From Armatimonadota bacterium (GTDB lineage: Bacteria > Armatimonadota > SYMT01): 64,000 bases of DNA. The notes below the pieces were generated by a model. The model had not been told where the DNA came from. It searched no databases and was given only the letters and a program-made list of their open reading frames with translations. The stretch lies in assembly GCA_041690135.1 (NCBI GenBank), contig JAWLHY010000003.1:672001-736000 (forward strand), in the 5' to 3' direction. Shown here piece after piece: positions 39,037 to 48,987 of the stretch (positions within the stretch are counted from its first letter, which is position 1; every line of letters begins with the position of its first letter). Made by a program: the position numbers and the translations under genes.

Positions 39037-40644
39037 TCACACCGGCAGGTCTTCGGCCAGCCCCAGGCTGTGCTCGGCACCCCAGCGGAGCTCCGGCACG
39101 GTGGGCTGGTGTGCTGCCCAGCCGACGTACCCGTCCGGGCGGACCAGCGCGGCGAGGTGCCCATCGGCTTCCCACCGGCTCCAGCAGCCGGCGTCGAGCA
39201 GCCGGTGCGCGCCGGGCGGCGGGGTAACGGGCGTGGCCGGGCTCAGGAGGTGGACCACCTGCAGCCGGCCGATGGGGGAGACGGCGCTCCGGATCTCGTC
39301 CAGCGGCCAGCCGGGTAGCCGGCCGTCGTCGAACAGGAGCAGGGCAGCGCCGGGGCCGACCAGGTCCAGCAGCCGCATCGCCTGCCCGGTGGGGCTCTGC
39401 AGCGCTCCGTCCGGCGCGCGGCAGCCCACCAGACGGTCCTGGCCGGTGAGGAGCGCGGAGGACCGGTAGCGGGTGTCGAGCATCGCCATCCGGAGGACGG
39501 CCCGCTCCACCACTGCGGGGATGCCGAGGGCCACCCGGGCCACGGTGAGGAACGCCATGCGCACCCACGGGTGGGCCAGCAGGACGGCCCGGGTCAGGAA
39601 GTCCGTGTAGCGGTCCACCTCTTCCAGCACGGCGCCCTGCCGCTCCTGCTCGTAGGAGTGGAGCAGCGCGTCGGTGCCCCCTTCCAGCTTCCGCGCCAGC
39701 TTCCAGGCGAGGTTGTGGGCATCCTGGATGCCGGCGTTCATCCCCTGCCCGCCGGCGGGGCTGTTGATGTGGGCCGCGTCTCCCGCCAGCAGCACCCGCC
39801 CGCGGCGGAAATGGGGACTGGTGCGGCAGTGGATGTTGAAGACGCTCGACCAGCAAGTCTCGAACGGCCCCGCCCCGAAGAGGGTCGTCACGTGCGCCGC
39901 GATGGTCTCCGGGGCGGTGGCTTCCGCCTCCGAGCGTCCGGGGGCCACCGGATAGATGAGGCGCCAGAGCCGTGTGTCGAAGCGGAGCGCGCCGAGCACC
40001 TGCCCCTCCGCGGCGCTGAACCGCGGCCAGGGAAGGTCGTCGCGGGCATCGGGAAGGCTTACGTCGGCCAGGGCGATCCGCGAGGGGTAAGTCTTCCCTT
40101 CCAGCGACCAACCCAACTGCTCCCGCACGACGCTGTGTGCCCCGTCGCAGCCGACGAGGTAATCGCAGCGCGCCTGATAAGGGGTCTCACTCGCCGGAGC
40201 AACCTCCACGCTCACCCCTGCTGCTTCTTCTCGGAAACCGGTCACCAGATGACCCCACCGGACCTCGACGGCGCTCTCCTTTTCCAATGCCTGCTGCAGG
40301 AGCGTCTCCGTGCCGTACTGCGGCAGGATCAGGAGGCCCGGCACGGCGGTCACCCGGGCCAGGCTGCCCAGGTCGAGCGTGGCCGCGGGCTCGGTGCGCT
40401 GGGGAGTGTGGATCGGAATGCTCGTGCGGAACTGTCCCGCGGCCAGGAACTCCTCCAGGAGGCCCCACTCCCGGAAGATCTCGAGCGTCCGCGGCAGTAC
40501 GCCCAGCGCGCGGGAGAAGGGCGTGGGGGCCGGCTCCCGCTCCAACACCAGCGCGCGCACGCCGTGCCGCGCGAGCCCCAGGGCGAGGGAAAGGCCCACC
40601 GGTCCCGCTCCCACGATGATCACCGGATGCGCGTCCGTCGCCAT
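39037..40644 (-). CDS. FAD-dependent monooxygenase
   Basis: IVGAGPVG, LVGCDGAHSVVR, LAGDAAHINSPAGGQGMNAGIQDAHNLAWKL, LVRPDGYVGW. Confidence 0.95.
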   Translation of the reverse strand: MATDAHPVIIVGAGPVGLSLALGLARHGVRALVLEREPAPTPFSRALGVLPRTLEIFREWGLLEEFLAAGQFRTSIPIHTPQRTEPAATLDLGSLARVTAVPGLLILPQYGTETLLQQALEKESAVEVRWGHLVTGFREEAAGVSVEVAPASETPYQARCDYLVGCDGAHSVVREQLGWSLEGKTYPSRIALADVSLPDARDDLPWPRFSAAEGQVLGALRFDTRLWRLIYPVAPGRSEAEATAPETIAAHVTTLFGAGPFETCWSSVFNIHCRTSPHFRRGRVLLAGDAAHINSPAGGQGMNAGIQDAHNLAWKLARKLEGGTDALLHSYEQERQGAVLEEVDRYTDFLTRAVLLAHPWVRMAFLTVARVALGIPAVVERAVLRMAMLDTRYRSSALLTGQDRLVGCRAPDGALQSPTGQAMRLLDLVGPGAALLLFDDGRLPGWPLDEIRSAVSPIGRLQVVHLLSPATPVTPPPGAHRLLDAGCWSRWEADGHLAALVRPDGYVGWAAHQPTVPELRWGAEHSLGLAEDLPV

Positions 40645-40676
40645 GACCGGTCTCCGTTACGGGCTGGCCCCCGCTT

Positions 40677-40994
40677 TCAAAGCGTAGGTGCCGGGAATTG
40701 GGAGGTGCGCGCCACTTCGCACACGTGGATGGTGTACTCCTCGAAGAAGCGCGACCGGCCTAACTCCTGGGCCTCCCGGTGCTCCGGATGATCCCGCCAG
40801 GCGGCGACGTGCTCCAGCGTATCGAACTCGATGACCGATACGGTTTCCCCGTCCTCGGCCGCGAAGTCTTTGTACGACCGAAACCCGGGCATGGAGGATG
40901 CCAGCTCGTACATCCGCATCCCGACCCGGTTGAGCTCTTCTTCCACCCCCGATAGCCCCGGGCGCAGGCGCGCCCGGAATACGATCACCACCAT
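40677..40994 (-). CDS. Antibiotic biosynthesis monooxygenase (ABM) family protein
   Basis: MVVIVFRARLR...MPGF...AWRDHPEHREAQELGR..FFEEY; the C-terminal part of track ORF 40677..42395. Confidence 0.88.
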   Translation of the reverse strand: MVVIVFRARLRPGLSGVEEELNRVGMRMYELASSMPGFRSYKDFAAEDGETVSVIEFDTLEHVAAWRDHPEHREAQELGRSRFFEEYTIHVCEVARTSQFPAPTL

Positions 40995-41213
40995 TGCATG
41001 TCTCCTCCCGGCGGAGGGGAGCCGGAACCGCCTTCCCGGTCGTGTCCCCGAAGCTCCTGATACCTCACGGAGCAGGAATTGGCAAGGCGGGCGCCCAACC
41101 CGTTGAAAGATCTGTTTGCCGTTCTCTCGGCCCCACGGCGGGCGGATGGGCTCCGACGCCTGCCGCACCCGCGCTGCCTGGGCCTCCCATCTCGACTCTC
41201 TGGAGCTTTTGTT

Positions 41214-42533
41214 ATGAAACCAGAAGGTAACGACCTTTCCCGCCGGGACTTCCTGAAAACGACGTCCGGCGCCCTCGCGGCGACCACCCTCGGCGCCCCG
41301 ATGATCCTGCCCAGCGCGGCCCGCGGCGCCAATGAACGGATCCGCGTAGCCGTGCTGGGGGTCAACGGCCGCGGCCAGGACCACATCTCCGGCTACATGA
41401 ACCACAGCAAGGACAACGTGGAAGTCGCCGTGCTGTGCGATCCCGACCTGGAAGTGGCGGGCAAGCGCGCTAAGTCGTTTGAGTCGAAGTACGGAAAGCC
41501 GGTCCAGATCGTGCAGGACCTGCGGAAGGTGTTCGACGATAAGAGCATCGACGTGGTCAGCATCGCCACGCCGAACCACTGGCATGCCCTGGCGGCGATC
41601 TGGGCGATGCAGGCCGGCAAGGACGTCTACGTCGAGAAGCCGGGCTCGCACAACATCTTCGAGGGCCGCAAGATGGTCGAAGCGGCCGAGAAGTACAACC
41701 GCATCGTGCAGCACGGGGTCCAGCTCCGCAGCTCGCCGGCGCTGCAGGAGGCCGTCCAGCACCTGCGCAAGGGCACCATCGGCAACGTCTACATGGCGCG
41801 CGGCCTCGTGTTCCGCTGGCGGCCCAGTATCGGCAACAAGCCTACCGAGCCGGCGCCCGAGAGCCTGAACTACGACCTCTGGACCGGACCGGCCTCGATG
41901 CGCCCGTTTACCCGCAACCTGGTGCATTACAACTGGCACTGGCACTGGGACTACGGCAACGGCGACGTGGGCAACCAGGGCATCCACGAGACGGACATGT
42001 GCCTCTGGGGCCTGGGGGTCGGTCTGCCCGAGAAGATCACCGCCATGGGCGGGAAGTTCCTGTGGGACGACGCGAAGGAGACGCCGGAAGTTCTCAGCTC
42101 CGTCTACCACTACCCGAAAGAGAAGAAGATCATCGAATTCGAGGTCCGGCCGTGGGCCACGAACCTCGAAGACGGCGCCGGCGTGGGCAACCTCTTCTAC
42201 GGCAGCGAGGGCTACATGGTGATCAAGGGGTACGACACCTACGAGATCTACCTGGGCCAGAAGCGCGAGCCGGGACCGAAGGGCAAGGCCTCCGGCGACC
42301 ATTACGGTAACTTCCTGGAGGCGGTCCGCAGCCGTAAGAAGGAGCACCTCAACGGTCCCGTGGAGACGGCCCACACCTCCTCCGCGCTGGCGCACCTGGG
42401 CAACATCGCGTACCGCCTCGGCCGCGTGCTCACCTTCGACCCGGCGAAGGAGCGGTTCGTGGACGACAAGGAAGCGAACGGGATGCTCAGCCGCAAGTAC
42501 CGCGCGCCTTACGTCGTTCCGGACAAGGTGTAA
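41214..42533 (+). CDS. Tat-exported Gfo/Idh/MocA-family oxidoreductase
   Basis: Tat motif SRRDFLK; GVNGRG, IATPNHWH, KDVYVEKP, GNQGIHE. Confidence 0.95.
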   Translation: MKPEGNDLSRRDFLKTTSGALAATTLGAPMILPSAARGANERIRVAVLGVNGRGQDHISGYMNHSKDNVEVAVLCDPDLEVAGKRAKSFESKYGKPVQIVQDLRKVFDDKSIDVVSIATPNHWHALAAIWAMQAGKDVYVEKPGSHNIFEGRKMVEAAEKYNRIVQHGVQLRSSPALQEAVQHLRKGTIGNVYMARGLVFRWRPSIGNKPTEPAPESLNYDLWTGPASMRPFTRNLVHYNWHWHWDYGNGDVGNQGIHETDMCLWGLGVGLPEKITAMGGKFLWDDAKETPEVLSSVYHYPKEKKIIEFEVRPWATNLEDGAGVGNLFYGSEGYMVIKGYDTYEIYLGQKREPGPKGKASGDHYGNFLEAVRSRKKEHLNGPVETAHTSSALAHLGNIAYRLGRVLTFDPAKERFVDDKEANGMLSRKYRAPYVVPDKV

Positions 42534-42765
42534 GCCGGCCTTTAGCGGCCATCCGTTGTGTTGGTAGTGAGCGACGTGCCCTGACCAGGGGGCTGGCCAC
42601 GTCGCTCACCACAGCACGCCCATGGGGAGACGCTTCGACGAAAGGCTCTGCGCAATCGTGGAAGTTGCTGCGGATCCACCGCTCCTCGCCACGACGTGGT
42701 GAGCCTGTTCGGATGATGTGCCGCCTCACCTCATCTGGAGTCCTCCAGCACGGACCGGGCGGCGG

Positions 42766-43167
42766 TTAGCCGCCGGGTGTTTCGCTGTCGGGGCGGACGA
42801 GATCCCCGATGCGGTACGAGTCGTCCACGCCAATCAGGAGGTTCCAGAGGGAGAAGTCGACCTCGCTCTTCGGCACGTACCAGTGGTTGGGGCCGGCGAC
42901 CATGTACCCCATCGCCTGGAACTCGCCATGCTCCGGGTGCCGCAGGTCGATGTAGGTAGCCCCCTGCGCCAGCCGCTGCCCCTCTTCCAGGACCGGGATC
43001 GACTTCAACTGGTCGTCCCGCAGGAAGTCGTACAGGTCGTGCAGGTCCTTGATGTCGTAGGCACTGCGCACCTGGTAGTTCGGCTGATCATTCTCCCCCG
43101 CGCGGTACATGGGGTTCAGATCTTCCCGGTACTCCTCCGGATGTTGTTCAATTCGGTTCCTCGACAT
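42766..43167 (-). CDS. Hypothetical protein
   Basis: ATG preceded by GGAG; high-GC3 coding pattern; IPVLEEGQRLAQGATYIDL...YVPKSEVDFSLWN. Confidence 0.75.
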   Translation of the reverse strand: MSRNRIEQHPEEYREDLNPMYRAGENDQPNYQVRSAYDIKDLHDLYDFLRDDQLKSIPVLEEGQRLAQGATYIDLRHPEHGEFQAMGYMVAGPNHWYVPKSEVDFSLWNLLIGVDDSYRIGDLVRPDSETPGG

Positions 43168-43494
43168 TACCCCCACTCCTTTCCGGTGTAAGTTCCCCGG
43201 CGGAAGGCCGGCGCCAAACTTACCCCGGACCCTTCTGCTCCTGTTCTGCTTCTCTAGCCATCCGCGTCCCCTCGCTCCCCAGGGATCTCGGGCGGTAGGG
43301 GATCCCAGGGCCGGGTTCCATTCCGGAAAGCCTTCTCCATGCCGCCCCCTTTGCAGGCGTAAATTTTTATACACTGTGTTTAATTCCGTCATCCTGGTGG
43401 CATAGGGACGGCGCAGGGCGAAATGCTTACCGGGCAACTACCCGGATCATAACCCGCAATTCGACCCGCCCTAGGTCCCCTCCAGGAGTGCCCG

Positions 43495-44463
43495 ATGCTG
43501 TTATTGCGTCCCAAGCAAGCCCTCGTTTGGCTTGGTCCGAGATATACCTTCCCGCTCGCCCTTGCCCTATGCCTGGCCCCGGCCTCACCCGCGGCAGCAC
43601 TGACCTGGATCCGGCAGGCGGATGTCCCGGTGGTCACCAGCCGTTTCCCCGGGGAGACGCAATTCATGGTCGCGGAGAACCTGGCGGGGGGACCGGGCCA
43701 GACCGTGATCACGGTCGATACCGACGGCGCGCAGATCGTGGTGGAAGGTCGCGCCCTCACCGGGCCCGGAGACGGGAGCGGGACCGGGATCGCGGTGGGG
43801 GCGCCGGGCGTCGGTGTCCGGAAGGTCCGCATCCGCGGTGGCCAGATCACCGGATTCGAAGACGGCGTCCGTCTGACGGAAGCCGTAGGCTGTCAGGTTA
43901 CGGAGTCGGTCCTGGCGGGGAACTATCGGGGACTCCGTCTTCTGGCCTCGCAACGGAGCCTGATTCGCGGCAACGCGGTGCTGGGAAACAGCCTGGGCGG
44001 CATTGCGGTTTACGGTGGCGCTCGCAATACGCTGCACGAGAACCGTGTGCTCGTCAACGGCGACTGCGGCATCGAGCTCGAAGGCGGAGAACGGCAGGTA
44101 CTTCGCGGCAACTGGAGCAGCGGCAATGGGGTAGCCGGTATTGCGGTCCTCAACTCCCGCAGTGCGACTTTGCTCGGCAACCACTGCCATTCCAACGTGC
44201 TGGCGGGGATCGCGCTGGGACTGTTCGGTTCACCGGCCGCCGCGACCACGGTCCGGCGCAACACCACTCGGGAGAACCTGTTCTACGGGATCGTCGTGTA
44301 CGCGGGCAGCACGGGCAACGCGCTCCGGCAGAATATCGCGGAACGGAATGGCCCTCCCCCGGAGTTCGCCGACGCGGCGGATTTGAATCCGCCGGAAGCC
44401 CAGCCGGAGAATGTGTGGCGGGGAAACCGCTTTGGGAGCAGCGCCGGGCCCGGTCTGGAGTGA
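43495..44463 (+). CDS. Right-handed parallel beta-helix repeat protein (NosD-like), secreted
   Basis: Signal peptide and repeated N....N...GI motifs (NAVLGNSLGGIAV, NRVLVNGDCGIEL, NHCHSNVLAGIAL). Confidence 0.85.
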   Translation: MLLLRPKQALVWLGPRYTFPLALALCLAPASPAAALTWIRQADVPVVTSRFPGETQFMVAENLAGGPGQTVITVDTDGAQIVVEGRALTGPGDGSGTGIAVGAPGVGVRKVRIRGGQITGFEDGVRLTEAVGCQVTESVLAGNYRGLRLLASQRSLIRGNAVLGNSLGGIAVYGGARNTLHENRVLVNGDCGIELEGGERQVLRGNWSSGNGVAGIAVLNSRSATLLGNHCHSNVLAGIALGLFGSPAAATTVRRNTTRENLFYGIVVYAGSTGNALRQNIAERNGPPPEFADAADLNPPEAQPENVWRGNRFGSSAGPGLE

Positions 44464-44805
44464 GCGGTACATCCGTAAGAAGGTCGCAGTGTTCCGTGCG
44501 GGTCGTGCAAGGTGGGAACGGTCCGGGTCCAGGCCCGTGTCGGGTGATCGGGATGGTAGGGAATGCGACGCCGTTCCATTCCTCCATCGGTGAAGTTGAT
44601 CCGGTTGGGCCAAACCGGACCGGTCCTGGTCCGGGAAGGCTCCGAGTTGGCGGGCCGGGATCAGATCCAGTCCGGCGGAACGCTACGGCGAGACGTTCCC
44701 TACGGGTGCCGCTTTCGAAGGTTCGCCGGACGGAACTCGACTCACTCTGCCGAAAATATCCCGTCGACGTAAGATGCTGATTGCCACTTGCCGGATGCTT
44801 CCCCT

Positions 44806-46506
44806 CTAGGAGCGGCAGGCGGAGAGGATCGAGGGAAGCCATACGCGGCTGAACTCCGCGGGGATGGCGGGAGGGTTCTCGCCGGCGTTTACGGGCTGGA
44901 TTACGCGCACCAGGAGGGCCAGGGGTCGGCGGCGCTCGAGCTTCGACCGGAGGCGCAGGAGGCGCAGACGACTCCGGCTAGCCGTTACCTCGTGGCCATC
45001 GGTGAAGCACCAGGTCACCCAGATCTCTCGTCCCTGCAGACCGGGGTGGGTCATCCGGGCGCGCAGGGCGGGAACATCGCCCGTTGCCAGCGGGATGCGG
45101 ACCGGCTCCTGTGTGAGCACGCGCCAATCGGGGCCGGCGATGCCGTGGCCAGAAGAGTGGAGTGCTTCCTTTCGATGCCCTCCGATCACTGCCAACTCGG
45201 CTGTCCGACCCCCCGGGGTCCCGTTCGGGGCTCTATTCAGGGCCCCATCCTGGGCATGAAAGCGCACGATCCGGGCCACGTCGGGTTGCAGCAGTCCCTC
45301 CTCTTTCGCCGCGAGGGGGACCGTCTCCGTCTCCCAGCCGGGGAGGTGCAGGGGCAGTGCCTTCAGGCGCGTTAGCCTGGGATCGGCCCCGGCGGACCGC
45401 GGCACCTCCGCGCCTCCCCAGCGACTCCCCACGAGCGTAAGGGCCAGCACGGCAGTCAGGCTCCATAGCCTTGCCGGGGACAGACCGCGCCAGGACCGCA
45501 GATCGGGGCCGGCCGGCGCCCTTTCTGTCGCCTCTGCCGGACGGGTGAGCCGGCGCAGGAGGAGAGCCAGGCCGGCGCAGGTGACGAGGAACGGCAGCCA
45601 TCCCAGGTGGTCGTGGGCCCAGGCGGCAGCATGCGCCCCGGCATGGGCGCCCAGGCCCAGAATGAACAGGATGCGGAGCGCGTTACCCAACAGGGCCAGA
45701 GGGGCCGCCGCCAGCACGAGGAGTGCTCCACGGCCGGCGCCGAGCCCGCGGAAGTATGCCGCCAGATACGCCAGGGAAAGCAGGGCCAGCAGGTACTTCA
45801 TACCGGCACAACCGGGCCCCACGATTACCGTGTAGGGATCTTCCGCAACTCCCGCGCGGGCGGTAAGCGTCACGCCTTCCCGCAGGACCTCCAGCCTGGC
45901 GAGCGGGGCCAGGGCCACCGTGAGGTGAGTGCTGATCACCTGGATCGAGTAGGTCGCGCTCTTCACCAGGGTGGTGGGCCAGGGCAGGGCAAACAGCAGC
46001 AGACCCAGTGCCGGGGCTGCTGCCCGCAGGAAGGGGGCTCCCCCCAGCAGGTGAAGGGTCCCGGCCAGCAGCAGCAGCAACGCCGGCGGCCGGAGGGCTT
46101 CGACCTCCAGCCAGGCCGAGGCGGCATAGAGGACCGAACCTCCTGCCAGCGACAAACGACCCATTCCTACCCACTGCCGCGCTGGCTTGCCTTCGGACGG
46201 AAGTTTCTCGACATGAGGCTTTCCCAAAGCGCCCCGCACCGTCCGCAGAAGGAGGTAGGCGGCCACGAGGAGGATGAATGGGCCATGCGCGAAGCGGTAG
46301 TCCCGCAGCCAGACCGACCAGACGTCCAGGCCGACCGGTAGCATCAGAAACAGCATCAGGGCCGTGGCGGAAAGGCCGGGGACCCAGGTCCGGAGGCGCT
46401 CCCCCTTGCCGGTTGAAGGAGCCGGAACTTCGGGACGGTTTCCGACTCCTTCAACCGCGACAGCCGCAGTCGCTGGAAAACGAGGGCGATTCAGCCGAGC
46501 CCACAT
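44806..46506 (-). CDS. Exosortase fused to an EpsI-like C-terminal domain
   Basis: HGPFILL, multi-TM core with the catalytic triad C (GPGCAGMK), R (GNALRI), H (WAHDHLG); extracytoplasmic C-terminal domain. Confidence 0.88.
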   Translation of the reverse strand: MWARLNRPRFPATAAVAVEGVGNRPEVPAPSTGKGERLRTWVPGLSATALMLFLMLPVGLDVWSVWLRDYRFAHGPFILLVAAYLLLRTVRGALGKPHVEKLPSEGKPARQWVGMGRLSLAGGSVLYAASAWLEVEALRPPALLLLLAGTLHLLGGAPFLRAAAPALGLLLFALPWPTTLVKSATYSIQVISTHLTVALAPLARLEVLREGVTLTARAGVAEDPYTVIVGPGCAGMKYLLALLSLAYLAAYFRGLGAGRGALLVLAAAPLALLGNALRILFILGLGAHAGAHAAAWAHDHLGWLPFLVTCAGLALLLRRLTRPAEATERAPAGPDLRSWRGLSPARLWSLTAVLALTLVGSRWGGAEVPRSAGADPRLTRLKALPLHLPGWETETVPLAAKEEGLLQPDVARIVRFHAQDGALNRAPNGTPGGRTAELAVIGGHRKEALHSSGHGIAGPDWRVLTQEPVRIPLATGDVPALRARMTHPGLQGREIWVTWCFTDGHEVTASRSRLRLLRLRSKLERRRPLALLVRVIQPVNAGENPPAIPAEFSRVWLPSILSACRS

Positions 46507-46510
46507 GCGG

Positions 46511-47488
46511 TTAACGCCCGCGCTTGCGACTCAACAGCACCAGGGCGGCTCCCCCCGTGACAAACAGGGCGGCAGTGCTCGGCTCCGGCACGACGGGCGG
46601 GGGGACGACGGGCGGGCCGCCGTTGTCGTCATCATCATCGATAAATGCCAGGAAGCCGAGGCCGCCCAGCCACCACGGGAACCCGCCCCCACGCCGGCGT
46701 TCCTGGCGTACCCCCTGCACCACGCCGGGCGTCGACTCCACCGGTACAACCACGGGAGCGCCGCCTCCCACCACCGGGGCGAGGGCCACCAGTTCCTGGC
46801 GTTCCGGCCCGACCGGCAAAGGGCTGGTGGCCGGGGGGATGCCAGGCAGTTCTTCCCGGGTGCCCGCCACCGCTTCCGGTGGCGGCGCGACCGCCGCGGG
46901 TGCGGGGGGCAGCGGGGTCACCGCGGCCACGGGGGCCGGGCTGGGTACCGGCGGCAGGGTCGCCACCACCGGGTTGCCGCAGTTCGACTTCATCATCACG
47001 TACCCGTCCGGCAGACCGAAGACGAGCACGCCTTTCGGAATCCGCTGCGATACCCGGTAGCGGCGTCCCGCGCGGGTCACCGCGTAGACGTCCGTCTTCA
47101 GGTCTTCCTTCAGGTAGAAAAGCTTGACATTGTCGTCGACGTAATCGATCAACTGGCCTTCGCTGACGCCGAAGTGGCGGGCCAGGTTCTTCCGGAAGCG
47201 CGCATCTTCCCGCAGGCACCGGAGCAGCTTGGCCTTCGACTCCATCTTCGCCGGGCTGAAGGCATCTCGCCGCCCCATGCCACGGAGGCTGGCGGGGCGG
47301 GTGGCCTGCGCCATGCGGCGTGCCGGAGCCGAGTCGAGCGAGCGGATGGTGACGACGGGGCGAGTGGCGGCAGGCGTGCGGGCCGGCCGGGACGCGGGCC
47401 GCTTTGGGACGGCCAGGGCCGCAGTCTCACAACAGGCGGTCAGGGTTAAAGCGATCCCCAGCGCAGTCGGTAGGTCTCTTACTGCCAT
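46511..47488 (-). CDS. PEP-CTERM sorting-domain protein
   Basis: C-terminal VPEPSTAALFVTGGAALVLLSRKRGR; N-terminal signal; CGNP motif and Pro-rich linker. Confidence 0.9.
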   Translation of the reverse strand: MAVRDLPTALGIALTLTACCETAALAVPKRPASRPARTPAATRPVVTIRSLDSAPARRMAQATRPASLRGMGRRDAFSPAKMESKAKLLRCLREDARFRKNLARHFGVSEGQLIDYVDDNVKLFYLKEDLKTDVYAVTRAGRRYRVSQRIPKGVLVFGLPDGYVMMKSNCGNPVVATLPPVPSPAPVAAVTPLPPAPAAVAPPPEAVAGTREELPGIPPATSPLPVGPERQELVALAPVVGGGAPVVVPVESTPGVVQGVRQERRRGGGFPWWLGGLGFLAFIDDDDDNGGPPVVPPPVVPEPSTAALFVTGGAALVLLSRKRGR

Positions 47489-47650
47489 CTCGGATTACTC
47501 CTCCTCGAGCGGTGGGCAGTAGGTGATACCTGGGCACGCGCCTGTTGAAACGGCCAATAAGAGAAAATTGGTCAAACCGACATGGGCTACTCTTGCGGGG
47601 GCCTGCCCGGTCGTGGGGCTGGCCGGGATGTAGAGTCCGCTGTCGACGGC

Positions 47651-47968
47651 TCAAAGGTCAGGGAGATCCCCTAGTTCTGTGAGGATCGATCCTACATCCT
47701 GGGCACCGTGCAGAATGCGGAGCACACGGACGCTCTCGGCGTCCGTGTCATACACAATAAGGTAAGACCTGACAGGCCAGAAGCGCACCGGCTGGGGTGT
47801 GAGGTCCTCCCGGACATGCCCGATGTGAGGGTGTTCGCCAAGACGAACGGTAGCTCGCCGGATGTCCTCCAGGAGTCGGCGAGCAATAGCCGGACTGTAG
47901 CGGGTCACGTAGGCGCGAATGCCCTGGAGGTCATTCCGTGCCGCGGGGGTGATCCATACCCGCTTCAT
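47651..47968 (-). CDS. parE: Type II toxin, RelE/ParE family
   Basis: TPAARNDLQGI, HPHIGHVREDL, YLIVY, VLRILHGAQD; overlaps the antitoxin stop. Confidence 0.9.
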   Translation of the reverse strand: MKRVWITPAARNDLQGIRAYVTRYSPAIARRLLEDIRRATVRLGEHPHIGHVREDLTPQPVRFWPVRSYLIVYDTDAESVRVLRILHGAQDVGSILTELGDLPDL

Positions 47969-48246
47969 GGGGTATCGTCCGACTCGGGGAGGCCTTCCAA
48001 CAACTCACGGAAGACGGCTTCGCTATCCAGGAGTTCGCCCCGTCGGGCTTCTTCTAACCCTACGGAAATTTTTTCCCGAAGATCCGCTAGCGCTGCCTCG
48101 CGCCGCAACTCCCGTTCTTCCAGCAGCCGGAGTCCCTCGCGCACCACTTCGCTGGCGCTCTGATAACGCCCCGTCTCGATCCGGGCATCGATGAAACTCT
48201 GAAGTTCCGGCGTTAATGATACGTTGAGAGTAGTTCGAATGGCCAT
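47965..48246 (-). CDS. parD: Type II antitoxin, ParD family (RHH)
   Basis: LNVSLTPEL..FI...GRYQSASEVVREGLRLLEE. Confidence 0.92.
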   Translation of the reverse strand: MAIRTTLNVSLTPELQSFIDARIETGRYQSASEVVREGLRLLEERELRREAALADLREKISVGLEEARRGELLDSEAVFRELLEGLPESDDTP

Positions 48247-48291
48247 ACTCTCATTCTACCCGCTGTGGCGAAAATTGCCACAGCGGGTAGG

Positions 48292-48738
48292 TCAGGACTT
48301 CTTGGGAGCTGTTTTCCTGGGCGGGGTCTTCTTTGCGCCGGTGGCTTTGGGGGCGGGTTTGGCGGGCGGTTTGACTGCGGGCCTGGTGGTCTTACCCGCA
48401 GGGGCGCCAGCGGGCTTGGGCTTCCCGGGTGTTCCCGCGGCTTTCGCGACCGACTTTCCTTTCAGCTTCTGGCGCATCGCCTGGTCCACCGTGGGGGCCG
48501 TTTTGAGCAGCTTCGGATCGATCTTCTTCTGGTCCGGGTTGAGCTTCAGGATGCGCGCGGGCTGGCCGTAATCCTTCGCCTTGGGGTAGACCTTGCCCTT
48601 CTTGGGGGGCGGTGGAGGGGGTGGGGGCGACTTCTGCGCCTGGACCTGCCCCGCCACCATGGCGAGCACCGCACCCAGGAGCAGCGTGCTCCGGAGCGTG
48701 CCGGCTTCCACCCGTCGGTTGTTTCGCATGCTAAACAT
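48292..48738 (-). CDS. Lys/Pro-rich secreted hypothetical protein
   Basis: Signal peptide LLLGAVLAMVAGQVQA followed by a low-complexity basic tail. Confidence 0.65.
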   Translation of the reverse strand: MFSMRNNRRVEAGTLRSTLLLGAVLAMVAGQVQAQKSPPPPPPPPKKGKVYPKAKDYGQPARILKLNPDQKKIDPKLLKTAPTVDQAMRQKLKGKSVAKAAGTPGKPKPAGAPAGKTTRPAVKPPAKPAPKATGAKKTPPRKTAPKKS

Positions 48739-48891
48739 CCCTCGTTGCTCTCCTGACCGCTGATTCCAGTCCTACGCGTCCCACCACGCGAGCGGACACC
48801 CATACACTATACGCATGTCTCTCCACGAGAATTGCAGCGGAGTGATCGAGCTCTCACCCTGGTATCCCGTTCGCGGCGGCGCGATCGCTCG

Positions 48892-48936
48892 TTGACCCTG
48901 CGAACTCCCAGTGATAATATGTAACCGCGTTACATA
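48892..48936 (+). promoter_or_regulatory. Sigma70-type promoter with an overlapping palindromic operator upstream of the MarR-isc operon
   Basis: TTGACC (48892-48897), 17 bp, TAATAT (48915-48920). Perfect 8-3-8 palindrome TATGTAAC-CGC-GTTACATA at 48918-48936. Confidence 0.75.
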
Positions 48937-48987
48937 ACGGGATTGGGGAAGGCCTCGACCGGGGTAAGCTGGCGCGGGGACGACGTA

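Noticed and set aside
43190-43220. SigB-type promoter (GTTT-N17/18-GGGAAC, minus strand) upstream of 42766..43167
   Set aside because: Short degenerate motif with borderline spacing in GC-rich DNA; it cannot be distinguished from chance.
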